From the IMG/VR virus record IMGVR_UViG_3300023174_000040, positions 186,001 to 250,000 of that record: 64,000 nt of DNA; one strand, written 5' to 3'. Made by a program: the position numbers and the translations under genes. This document shows positions 8,501 through 16,899 of the stretch, one piece after another. A model generated the notes under the pieces. That model was not told where the DNA came from. It did no database searches and saw nothing but the letters and a program-made list of their open reading frames with translations. Positions within the stretch are counted from its first letter, which is position 1; the number at the start of each line of letters is the position of its first letter.

Positions 8501-9005
8501 AGTTTCTGCTGATGATGGAAGCTCTCTTAGTGTTAGTTCCAATTTCTTTAATAATCCAAAACCAGTTAGCCAATCTATCAACTATACACAAAGTAGTTTG
8601 TATAATCCTTTGATGGTTGTTGCAACAAAGGAAACCATGATAAATGGTTCGGCCGCCGATAGTCTTGCAACAGGCACGGTTTGTGGTGGTTTCGAGTACA
8701 TTCAAATAGATCTCAATGGAGTTTATAGTGTAAGGGGAGTAGTTATTGGATGTGATTGGTTCGGACCTAATACAAGCGATCCCTTTGACACAAGCCTTCC
8801 AGGATTAATTGGAGACTGGGGTAAGGAATACACCGAGAATAAGAATGTGGAATACTCCACAGATGGTATTAATTATACATTCTTATTCAATACTGGGACT
8901 TTTGAACAACCTATTCAAACATATAATGTCAATGTTAAGGCAAGATATATAAGAATAGTTGGCATAAATGACTGTCTTAGTGTAACTGAATTTTATGCTA
9001 TATAG
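5502..9005 (+). CDS. Large virion/adhesin-like protein: delta-60 (DUF5122) beta-propeller repeats and C-terminal discoidin/F5-8-like domain
   Basis: Repeated QxDGKI(V/L)(V/I)GG...RLNxDGSLDxSF units; C-terminal IQIDLNG...V..STDG...ARYIRI; SD AGGAG. Confidence 0.8.
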   Translation: MQTYTSNLTSIPSWLAEYGNQTGKTIGLNFGFNSDGMFFIGNAGDESPAYSVRTNFNISEHQACEVIFTADHTNFCSDQGICFYNDGQSPNWHWDPDPSRIAFQINCPVPHIYGTNKFVNNSGEYYGSWEPGRDGSDVLESGIYTFKVTYDPAARTVTAITYEGENTSGTMVDTIVLHEKLMDGGPYRIGFDADSDGSLEPGDPPGNSPAYFKNLTINVYETNGISDDTELNNQLNNLKTEYAQVTDLVEDLYRFSDDADIDMGEGSPTGDGTDYNFSELGFGSEICIQDDGKIVVAGYSGTNDYSKNIRRIDVYGKEDESFTPPVFNGPLSSVVQMSDGRLVVGGFFNSLERFDGLSNGTSISQPSWDPDIILDNQVIIGGMVCLNPDGSISKRDGGDIGFEDRAISGIPIQVYTIKLLDDNSVLVGGHFTHYDDVESPYLAKIDSDGVIDEVFAANILGLGLLPGGGISLSDSVSAIAVDDSGKILIGGGFDKSIIRLNGDGSLDSSFDSGDGFTGQMVNGVFAILPLSSGKILVGHSGTDYDGSSCNRGLVRLNSDGSLDNTYAPDLYESEGFGFVVAIAQQENGKLLVGGAFDILEGGSLNKIVRLNTDGSMDESFNNGFGFTSAGYNWPPQTNDIKLDSTGNIYVAGNFTDYNHAARFQYAKLDTNGALQEWSVLPAFKQMGINDGTNDMYDGANFLNTNLTQPYLDIKCYANDNPEDIEISGGLGGCICPPSYICGEDCCGPRFSKSVPSTHTQAWDEDPEEDFYDPALDQYRYLPICDSHVMVGDGYFGDGSSYFTAMFPGMFVLAANNINITQFSIVGNIGTDGDGVDAVDIYPINVGGLTYTAYFKTNYGDGDPSINHIIIVDGNGDGIDQFYDPTSRGDEHCITGLEGKTKLFFLCLSKADAVAMTPSEAKDVATKFLDVIGLISVCDPITTTYELDLSPDHPELLSNYNYDGEGNMDTAIIIDPVNGKRRSIQRTSYLELTDNCGNKKVVSADDGSSLSVSSNFFNNPKPVSQSINYTQSSLYNPLMVVATKETMINGSAADSLATGTVCGGFEYIQIDLNGVYSVRGVVIGCDWFGPNTSDPFDTSLPGLIGDWGKEYTENKNVEYSTDGINYTFLFNTGTFEQPIQTYNVNVKARYIRIVGINDCLSVTEFYAI

Positions 9006-9006
9006 C

Positions 9007-9597
9007 TTATAACCAAAGGCTAATTGGGCACCAAACCTTATTGCTCAATCCTATTTTTCTGAGACCAATATTAACCCAATTATTGCAGGTGTATATGCAA
9101 CTATACCTTAATGAAGAAGAATAGAAATCTCCTTTTTGATAATATGTTTTAAGTTTTTTAATTTTTTTAAAACTCTTAAATGAAACTAAAACATAGTTTC
9201 TCAATATTGATAATTGACTTTTATTTATTTTATACTTTTTAATTTTTTTATTTATTGGTAATTCATCAACATACTCTATTCTAATGATACTTGGGTTAAG
9301 TCCAAAAAAAGCTTTTATAAAGTTAATTGGTTTTAATTTATCCCAAGAACTTGTTTCTAAAAATATTTTACGATCTCCCCATCCGATGATTACATATTTT
9401 TTATTGGTATCAAATAATCCTTTCCAATATTTAGATTCAAAGACAAAATCTGAATGGATATTATCTTTAACGACAAATAGGTTTATATTACCTTTAACAT
9501 TCTTTAGAAAAAATGGATAACGCAATAACACAGAAAGAAAACAAAGTATAATGTATATTAAAAAAGGAGTTAAGAATAAAAGGGATATAATAATCAT
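9007..9597 (-). CDS. DUF2459-like protein
   Basis: N-terminal TM; HSDFV, IGWGDR.FLET..W and Y..IYTCNNW motifs. Probable ATG 9597 gives an ATGA overlap with the upstream gene. Confidence 0.65.
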   Translation of the reverse strand: MIIISLLFLTPFLIYIILCFLSVLLRYPFFLKNVKGNINLFVVKDNIHSDFVFESKYWKGLFDTNKKYVIIGWGDRKIFLETSSWDKLKPINFIKAFFGLNPSIIRIEYVDELPINKKIKKYKINKSQLSILRNYVLVSFKSFKKIKKLKTYYQKGDFYSSSLRYSCIYTCNNWVNIGLRKIGLSNKVWCPISLWL

Positions 9598-9923
9598 TTC
9601 TTTTTTGGCACCCAAAATACAAAGTCATTATCCTCATCACTCCAGCAGCACTCTATTATTCCCTTGGCTGCTAATTTAGACAATCCTGCATCCATTATCA
9701 TTCCTTGTATGTCTTCACATGCATCAAACAATCCTTCCTCATCAATTACTGGTTTGTTGTTCTTTACGCTCGATGAGTGCTCTATTATTAATCCTTTTAC
9801 TTGATTAATAGTTATGTAACTATCAATATCCTCGGTATCATCTGCTCCCATATTGCGTGCGACTATCTCTCTTATTTCTTTTGCAAACTCATCAAACTCG
9901 TTTATGATATATTTTTCTTTCAT
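9594..9923 (-). CDS. Hypothetical acidic protein
   Basis: 109-aa ORF, tightly packed with its neighbours. Confidence 0.7.
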   Translation of the reverse strand: MKEKYIINEFDEFAKEIREIVARNMGADDTEDIDSYITINQVKGLIIEHSSSVKNNKPVIDEEGLFDACEDIQGMIMDAGLSKLAAKGIIECCWSDEDNDFVFWVPKKK

Positions 9924-9926
9924 TAA

Positions 9927-11213
9927 TTATTTTTTTCTTTTAATAAAAACTCTATTCTCGAGAAATTCAACAAACTTTAAAGCGTCCTCTGCTTGATATT
10001 GAGCACTAGGGTTTGAAGATGATCTAAAAACCTTTATATCATCTTTTATCTTTTCTTTAATTTTTTGTATCAAATCTTTAATGTCTTCTACTGGGTCATT
10101 AGGATCAGAAGATACCATATCAACGTAATAAAAAAACGTGTAATAAGAACCAGGAGCGTATCCTTTTTTGACTTTAAATTCTATTTTTTTAGTACTTGGA
10201 TAATAATTAATGACGAACTTTGTATTATTTTTATAATTCTTTTCTATTATTCCCGGATATTCTTTGTCATATTTAAGGCCATAAGTATTGGATATAGCTT
10301 CCATCTTGCTGTAATTATTTGATAATACAGGCTTTCTTTCATTTTTTTCTGTCTTGAGAAAACTTTTAATTTCTTGAATCACGTCGGATAAATCATTATT
10401 GTTCTCTATTACAAACTGTTTTTTGAATTCATCTTTATATCCATATATTGAAACCCAAACAGTATTAGGATGTTCTTTGGAGTTAGATAATTCTATTGTT
10501 GAATATCTATCTTTATCTCTAAGTGTTATTTCTGTTCTACCTTCACTTTGCCACCCCCTTGATTTTTTCTTAAATAATTGGTAATCAGGAAAGTTTTTAG
10601 CTATAGAATATAATATTTTATAATTACCATCATTAGTTATTAAATCTACAACTCTATACGACTTGGGGTCCAAATAAACAACTTGATTGGGTTCATTGCT
10701 ATGAATTACACCCAACCCAGGATCATATAAAACGTTATACCCAGTCTTTTTAAAGAAGCTGTTCCAGGAAGAGTTTCTGGGTAGTCCTTTTTGATTTCTT
10801 ATTCGTTCCAGAACTCCCCAAAAAAGATGACCAGGAGAATCCATGTTTGACTTATGATAAACTTCATCGCTATCTAAAAGACTTTTATCTATACCCATAT
10901 CAATCAAAAGCTTCTCAGCGGTAATCCTGTCCATGTCAAGATTTAAAACTTTAGCACTTTCGGAAGGCTCAATTAGAAACGCATAAGGGTAACTTGCAAA
11001 CATATTATTTTTAAACAAACCATGACCCAGGACATAATCTTTTGGGAAAACATAAACTCCTATTGGGTCAAAGTGGCTTGGATTTGGATTTAAACTCAAG
11101 AAGTCTGTTTTTGAAAAATGAACACCGGAGTATGGACCTTTTAACTGTTTAACTTTTTCAAATAACGCTGGTGAGGATACTTCGCTTCTTTCAAGCCACG
11201 TTTTAAAACTCAT
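9927..11213 (-). CDS. CTS-bearing protein with putative ADP-ribosyltransferase fold (ART-PolyVal-like)
   Basis: Starts MSFKTWLERSE; motif order VHFS...GVYVFP...YAFLIE...GYNVLYD...NEPNQVVYLDP is typical of ART folds. Confidence 0.45.
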   Translation of the reverse strand: MSFKTWLERSEVSSPALFEKVKQLKGPYSGVHFSKTDFLSLNPNPSHFDPIGVYVFPKDYVLGHGLFKNNMFASYPYAFLIEPSESAKVLNLDMDRITAEKLLIDMGIDKSLLDSDEVYHKSNMDSPGHLFWGVLERIRNQKGLPRNSSWNSFFKKTGYNVLYDPGLGVIHSNEPNQVVYLDPKSYRVVDLITNDGNYKILYSIAKNFPDYQLFKKKSRGWQSEGRTEITLRDKDRYSTIELSNSKEHPNTVWVSIYGYKDEFKKQFVIENNNDLSDVIQEIKSFLKTEKNERKPVLSNNYSKMEAISNTYGLKYDKEYPGIIEKNYKNNTKFVINYYPSTKKIEFKVKKGYAPGSYYTFFYYVDMVSSDPNDPVEDIKDLIQKIKEKIKDDIKVFRSSSNPSAQYQAEDALKFVEFLENRVFIKRKK

Positions 11214-11220
11214 AAACTAT

Positions 11221-12300
11221 TTATGATACCAGTGATACAAATTCTTCAAATTTATAGTTGGAAAATTCCTTTACATATTTAATATGGACATTTATTGGAG
11301 AGTCAATCCAGCTTTTTATAAAATCTTTGAGTTCATTCTCTCTATTTCCAAGGTTTTCAGAGATTATTTGTATTTCAAGATCCTCCAGGGTGGTTTGTAT
11401 TATCTTAAACCTTTTAATTCCAAACTTCTCATAGTAATCTCTGCTGCCTATAAGGGGCCATTTTTTGTCTCCGTTTGGAAGAACAAACATATTTCTTACT
11501 CTACCGTGGATTTTTTTGATTGTTTGGAGTTTTCTGCCGCATGTGCATTCTCCAAGTTCTACATGGTCTCCATGCTTATATCTTTTTATGTAAGGATTGG
11601 TGGTAGTAGTTATTATTATTCCACCATCTTCGTCAACCTCTACAATTTGATTCTCCATCACATGCTGAACAGAGGGGTTGTCTGGGCACTGGATGCTTAT
11701 TGTTCCGCACTCCTCGCTGGAGTACATGGACCCTCCCATTTCACTTGTTCCTTTATAATCGATTAAATTTGAAATTTTTGATAAGTCTAACTGGGCGACA
11801 ATGGATGGAGCACAATGCAAGTAATGAGGATTTTTTTCCTCTAACCATTTCTGTAGTTCCGAGACAGAGGAATAGCCTATTTTAAAAGTTTTACCCTGAG
11901 TATTTTCTATGTTCCTTGGTATGCCCCATGAATTCATATCAAGAGTTTTAGAGCCCGGCCTGATAATGGCTATGTTCTTTGACACATCCCATTTTCTCCA
12001 TTTAATTTCTCTTATGTTGGTTGCTAAATACCAAATAAAATCCAATGAAGTTTTTGCAATAGTAACAGGCTCGCCGGTCGAACCAGATGTTCTTGTTCGA
12101 GACAAGTCTTTTCTCATCTCCACTTTTCTTAGATCTTCTCTGGTCATAACTTTAAAATTTTTTAAATATTCATAATTAACTTTGTGGTTCCATTGAGATT
12201 CTTCGAAAATATCAAGTAATTTTTTCACATTATCATAAATTGTTTTGTTCACAGAATCTCCAAATATAAAAAGAGTATTCTTCAAATTTAATATATTCAC
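11221..12300 (-). CDS. Phenylacetate-CoA ligase/CapK-like adenylate-forming (ANL) enzyme
   Basis: P-loop RTSGSTGEP, YSSEECG, RYKHGD, CTCGRKL, GRVRNM. Confidence 0.8.
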   Translation of the reverse strand: MNILNLKNTLFIFGDSVNKTIYDNVKKLLDIFEESQWNHKVNYEYLKNFKVMTREDLRKVEMRKDLSRTRTSGSTGEPVTIAKTSLDFIWYLATNIREIKWRKWDVSKNIAIIRPGSKTLDMNSWGIPRNIENTQGKTFKIGYSSVSELQKWLEEKNPHYLHCAPSIVAQLDLSKISNLIDYKGTSEMGGSMYSSEECGTISIQCPDNPSVQHVMENQIVEVDEDGGIIITTTTNPYIKRYKHGDHVELGECTCGRKLQTIKKIHGRVRNMFVLPNGDKKWPLIGSRDYYEKFGIKRFKIIQTTLEDLEIQIISENLGNRENELKDFIKSWIDSPINVHIKYVKEFSNYKFEEFVSLVS

Positions 12301-12712
12301 TAGGCTTTATAAGAAAATCATTTTCGCTTGGGAAGTGATTGGCTATCTTCATTGGTTTCAACTTATAGTTAAAACTTCTTGTTATAAATACATCAGAAAA
12401 TTTACTACACATATTTAAAACATTGTCGCAAAGTTCTTTTGTAAAATTTAATACACCATCACCAATAATATTGCTGTATTTTTTCTTATTATTAATCCAA
12501 TTACCGACTATTACAGTAGATGAATTATACCAAGGATCAATATCCATTTGATGATCACTAAACTCTATAAGTCTATGTGTGCAGCCGAGAAGTAGAGTTT
12601 TTCCAGGGATCAAATGACTTCTATATATTTTCACGTCACCATCTGAGGGCGATAATGGATGAGGCAAAGAAACAGACCAATAATTTTTATTTATTTTTTT
12701 ATTACTGCGCAC
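12233..12712 (-). CDS. Hypothetical protein, possible class I SAM-methyltransferase-like
   Basis: KTLLLGCT...DID...IIGDGVLN loosely resemble motifs I, II and IV. Confidence 0.45.
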   Translation of the reverse strand: MRSNKKINKNYWSVSLPHPLSPSDGDVKIYRSHLIPGKTLLLGCTHRLIEFSDHQMDIDPWYNSSTVIVGNWINNKKKYSNIIGDGVLNFTKELCDNVLNMCSKFSDVFITRSFNYKLKPMKIANHFPSENDFLIKPSEYIKFEEYSFYIWRFCEQNNL

Positions 12713-12742
12713 TAAATAACTGAGTAGATAACAGGAGAAAAA

Positions 12743-13285
12743 ATGAAATTAATTTTACCTAAAAATTGGGAGATAGTCTCAGAAATAATAAATTTTATAC
12801 CCAATAGCGTGGTTGCTGGTAGTCTGGTTGACAAAATACATTTGTCTGATAATAACTCATTTTTTGGTATATTTAAAGATATTGATTTAGAAATAGATAA
12901 GCAAGATTATCAATTATTGTTGTCTAAGTGCGGAATACCCTACGAAGAGGGAAACTTTGCATCCGAGATAAGCTATCAAGATTTGCATCTAAAATTAGTT
13001 AAATTTGATCTTCATCCTGAAGTCAAGATATATATTGGTTCATATAAGAAAATGCCAATAGACCTCTTTGTTTTAGAAAACAAGAGAGCATCTCAAGAAT
13101 CAATAATAAATGGTTTTAATATAAGGCATCAAACAGTTGAGTCTAGGCAAGAAGTAATAGACAAAATACTGAATATAGGTCCAATGAGATCCCGTAGCAA
13201 GTTAATGGAGAATCTCTGGCTTTGCCGAAAGAAAACATCGCTTTTAAATAAGAGAAAAGCTCTAAACGCCAAATTCAAGAAATAA
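12743..13285 (+). CDS. Putative Pol-beta-superfamily nucleotidyltransferase
   Basis: VVAGS...KDIDLEI...IDLFV arrangement; SD AGGAG. Confidence 0.5.
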   Translation: MKLILPKNWEIVSEIINFIPNSVVAGSLVDKIHLSDNNSFFGIFKDIDLEIDKQDYQLLLSKCGIPYEEGNFASEISYQDLHLKLVKFDLHPEVKIYIGSYKKMPIDLFVLENKRASQESIINGFNIRHQTVESRQEVIDKILNIGPMRSRSKLMENLWLCRKKTSLLNKRKALNAKFKK

Positions 13286-13294
13286 AGAGGAAAT

Positions 13295-16200
13295 ATGACA
13301 AATATAAACAAGAATTTATCCAATTTAAACTCAAAATATCACGAAATAACGAATAGCATAGATAACTTATTCTATTTTAGTGACGACCCAGCAGTCAGTG
13401 ATTTGGGATCGACAAATGTTTCATCGATATCTGTCCAATCTGATGGCAAACTAATTTTAGCAGGAGTTTTTGGAGAAGATATAAGAGGAGCGTGGGGGAC
13501 TACTTTTTTCTTTGAGCATGGGTATGGAGTTATTAGAATCAACCAAGATGGCACTGTCGATGAAACTTTTCAAGCTCCGCAATTTGGAGATTATTTTAAT
13601 TATGGAGAAGGATCCAATGGAGCCGGTGGTGGTGGACAAAGCTTATCAACGGCAATACAATCTGATGGTAAGATACTCGTAGGAGGCAATTTTGGATTCA
13701 TCGCTGCATCTGGTGACGTTGAGCATCGTAATATAGTCAGATTAAACACGGATGGATCTATAGACCAAACATTTTCAGTTTCTTTTGATTACTCAATACA
13801 TCAATTAAATATAACAGAGGATGATTCTATAATTGTAAATAGTTGGGCAGACCCTTTTAATACGCATACAAATAATTATGAAAATAATTCTGTTAGTACT
13901 CCGGTTGCTTCTGTTTGCAAAATACTCAGCGATGCAAATGCAGATGTTCCGGGCGAACTAGATCTCACATTTAATAGTAACTTTTTGGATTTATATGACT
14001 CAGGTTCAAATTATCAATTTAATACAAATAATACAGAAATAGCAAAGGTGCTAAGTAACGGGAAAATACTAATTCCAACATACTCGGAATTATTGTCAAA
14101 GACAATTTTGATTTTAATGAACTCGGATGCAAGCGATGCAGTTGAAATTGATATTTCGATCAATGCAGACGGCCCTTTTCCTGGGATTTTTTGTTTTCAC
14201 GAAGAATCTAACGGAGATGTTTTAATTGGAGGATATTTTAATTTATTAAATGGGGAAGACGGCAATTCACGCTATGATCTAATGCGTTTAAAATCTGATG
14301 GAAACGGTGGATTCCAAGGATTTGACATGGATTTTGCGCCCGGTTTTGAAATTGGAGACGGTATTGACTGGCTACCTCGTGGTGTATATGCGATAGACAC
14401 CCAAGACGATGGCAAGATATTAGTGGGCGGATTTTTTAATAATCTCCTATACGGCCAGGAATTAATTCCCAGCAGAAATATGTGTAGATTAAACACAGAT
14501 GGCACATTGGACAGTTCGTTTGCAACTTCAACTTCTTTTGATTTCGGAGTAACTCAAATTAAATATTTGGGAGACAATAGCATATGGGCTGCAGGACTGT
14601 TCTCTAAACCTAGAAGAAATATTGTAAAATTAAATCATTTAGGTGTTCCCGGCAGCTTTGGATTGCCAATAGAAGTCAACACTCTTGGAATTAAAGATGG
14701 GGGAAATGATTTATATGATTGGGGAAATTTCATTAACACTGACGTCCATCTATATGTCATCGATGAGAACGAAGAAGTTGTGCCCCCATACAGCGATTTA
14801 AAAGAAGGAGGAATATTTGGACAAGATTCCTATGAGCCTGGGGTCACTTTTTACGCCACACCCTCCACTCACACACAAGCGGCCTATCAATCTAATTATG
14901 ATTTTGATAATATTTATTATTACGATTATAAACCAACAGTATTCGACGGAGAAGTCAAAAGTGGAACAGATTATTTTGGAGAAGGAAGTAGTTATTTCAC
15001 CAATATGTATCCAGGGTTATTTGTTTTGATTGCAAGGAATGTAAACATAGGAGAGTTTTCGATAACCGGGGCCGCAGGGAATGGGAATAGATTAACATCT
15101 GCTGATGTATTCGAGGTTAATTCTCGAAATAAGAATTACTCTTGCTATCTAAAATGCACTTTTAATGCACCCACAGCAAATCCTCTTGATGATCCTTCGT
15201 TGAGCCATATAATTATAGTTCCGGGAAGTCCGGATGGAATAACTCAACTATATGATGAAACGTCAGAATTTGATGACCATTGTCTACAGGGTTTATCTGA
15301 TAGGAAGGATATTTACTATTTAATAGTAAGCCTTGGAAATAATACTGAACTTACAACAGAAAATGCTACCATAGTGGCCAAAAAATTCTTAGATGTTATC
15401 TACGATGAAGTTGAGCCAAAATCTTGTGGAAGCACAAATTGTGATACAAATATAAGATGCTTAAAACATAATAAAGATTTAAAAATAGGTTCAACTTTAA
15501 ACTCATGCGGATGCTCCACATGGAAATATGTAGATCCGGGTACCAAGTTAAAAGGATCCCTGTCATCTAGATCATCTAAAAAAGGTGCCTGGATACCCGC
15601 AATAACAGTTTGCTCACAAGTATTGTATTCGTATCCTTCTAAAGTTGTGTCTTCAACAGGTACAACCACAACAGTAGCCCCAACTACAACAACCACAACT
15701 ACAACAACCACAACTACAACAACAGTAGCCCCAACTACAACAACAGTGGCCCCAACTACAACAACCACAACTACAACAACCACAACTACAACAACCACAA
15801 CTACAACAACCACAACTACAACAACCACAACTACAACAACAGTGGCCCCAACTACAACAACCACAACTACAACAACCACAACTACAACAACAGTGGCCCC
15901 AACTACATTACAATTAACATCGTATCTAATGTGGATGAACGGATTAGACGTTGAATATCGCTCAGGTTCAGTATACAATAAATATGAGTATATGTCACGA
16001 TATGGTGGCTCATTAAGTTGGAGTATCAGTAATTTAGTAATAAATGGTCAGCAAATAGTTGGTGGAGGATCAGAATACAACAGAACAATAAATGCTGGTA
16101 GTACGGTCTACAGAGATGACGGCAACGGAGTTGGAATTGCTAACTGCGTCGATATGTTAAATGTAATCATGGATGATTTTGAATTAACAACAAGATTTGA

Positions 16201-16387
16201 AACTTATAGTGAGTCGTTCATTCGTGCCAATTACTACACAGCTGATAATTTCAGTTTAACAATAACTGAATCTTATAGTTTGGTTGATTCCAACGATCCT
16301 TTAAATCCTAGTGTGTATTCGATCTCAGCAGATGGCAGTGGTATAAAGGATGGGATTAGCGCTGCTCCACCTGAATATTGGGGATGA
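13295..16387 (+). CDS. Large virion/adhesin-like protein: delta-60 repeats, shared core, Thr-rich linker and distinct C-terminal domain
   Basis: QSDGKILVGG...RLNTDG repeats; core colinear with 5502..9005 (YFGEGSSYFTNMYPGLFVL vs YFGDGSSYFTAMFPGMFVL). Confidence 0.8.
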   Translation: MTNINKNLSNLNSKYHEITNSIDNLFYFSDDPAVSDLGSTNVSSISVQSDGKLILAGVFGEDIRGAWGTTFFFEHGYGVIRINQDGTVDETFQAPQFGDYFNYGEGSNGAGGGGQSLSTAIQSDGKILVGGNFGFIAASGDVEHRNIVRLNTDGSIDQTFSVSFDYSIHQLNITEDDSIIVNSWADPFNTHTNNYENNSVSTPVASVCKILSDANADVPGELDLTFNSNFLDLYDSGSNYQFNTNNTEIAKVLSNGKILIPTYSELLSKTILILMNSDASDAVEIDISINADGPFPGIFCFHEESNGDVLIGGYFNLLNGEDGNSRYDLMRLKSDGNGGFQGFDMDFAPGFEIGDGIDWLPRGVYAIDTQDDGKILVGGFFNNLLYGQELIPSRNMCRLNTDGTLDSSFATSTSFDFGVTQIKYLGDNSIWAAGLFSKPRRNIVKLNHLGVPGSFGLPIEVNTLGIKDGGNDLYDWGNFINTDVHLYVIDENEEVVPPYSDLKEGGIFGQDSYEPGVTFYATPSTHTQAAYQSNYDFDNIYYYDYKPTVFDGEVKSGTDYFGEGSSYFTNMYPGLFVLIARNVNIGEFSITGAAGNGNRLTSADVFEVNSRNKNYSCYLKCTFNAPTANPLDDPSLSHIIIVPGSPDGITQLYDETSEFDDHCLQGLSDRKDIYYLIVSLGNNTELTTENATIVAKKFLDVIYDEVEPKSCGSTNCDTNIRCLKHNKDLKIGSTLNSCGCSTWKYVDPGTKLKGSLSSRSSKKGAWIPAITVCSQVLYSYPSKVVSSTGTTTTVAPTTTTTTTTTTTTTTVAPTTTTVAPTTTTTTTTTTTTTTTTTTTTTTTTTTTTTVAPTTTTTTTTTTTTTTVAPTTLQLTSYLMWMNGLDVEYRSGSVYNKYEYMSRYGGSLSWSISNLVINGQQIVGGGSEYNRTINAGSTVYRDDGNGVGIANCVDMLNVIMDDFELTTRFETYSESFIRANYYTADNFSLTITESYSLVDSNDPLNPSVYSISADGSGIKDGISAAPPEYWG
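15661..15907 (+). repeat. Coding tandem repeat (15-bp ACAACTACAACAACC units interspersed with ACAGTRGCCCCA) encoding poly-Thr/VAP
   Basis: Directly visible tandem array. Confidence 0.9.
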
Positions 16388-16854
16388 TTTTGATCATGGA
16401 AATAGGAAAAAACTATACTGAAAAAGAATTATTCGATATTTACGGCCCTTTTTGGATGAAAAAACTAAATTTATCTAAAATCCCAGTAATAAAGAATAAA
16501 AAAGAAGTTTTTAATTTCCAGGATTTTGAAGAAGAATCAAAAGAAGTATACATAAAAATTAAAACATATATTGAACAATATAATCAAAATCAAAACATAA
16601 ATTTATGGGCAATAGGTTCACGTGTAATAGGGTCTTGGAAAACTAGGGCCGAGGCTGAACAGTTGGCCAAAGATTATAATACTAAAAAAATAAAGTATAG
16701 TGACTATGATTTTTTAACCGATGCTGAATTTTTACCTTCTAATAAGAATATAGAAAAATTTTTAGGAGAAAATATATTGGTAGATGGTCGTAAAGTAGAA
16801 AATATTGAAAAGATTTTTTGGAGAGCCATTTTAATTGAAGCTATCCCTGTCTAG
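16384..16854 (+). CDS. Minimal nucleotidyltransferase (MNT-like)
   Basis: WAIGSRVIGSW...YSDYDFL (GS...DxD). ATG 16384 overlaps the upstream TGA. Confidence 0.6.
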   Translation: MILIMEIGKNYTEKELFDIYGPFWMKKLNLSKIPVIKNKKEVFNFQDFEEESKEVYIKIKTYIEQYNQNQNINLWAIGSRVIGSWKTRAEAEQLAKDYNTKKIKYSDYDFLTDAEFLPSNKNIEKFLGENILVDGRKVENIEKIFWRAILIEAIPV

Positions 16855-16899
16855 CCTACTTAGAATCAGTTGTGACTCACCGGCAATCAATCAATCTAT

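Noticed and set aside
15400-15978. Poly-Val ORF on the minus strand (also 26100..26294, 26550..26828 and 26913..27116)
   Set aside because: These are antisense shadows of Thr-rich coding repeats on the opposite strand.
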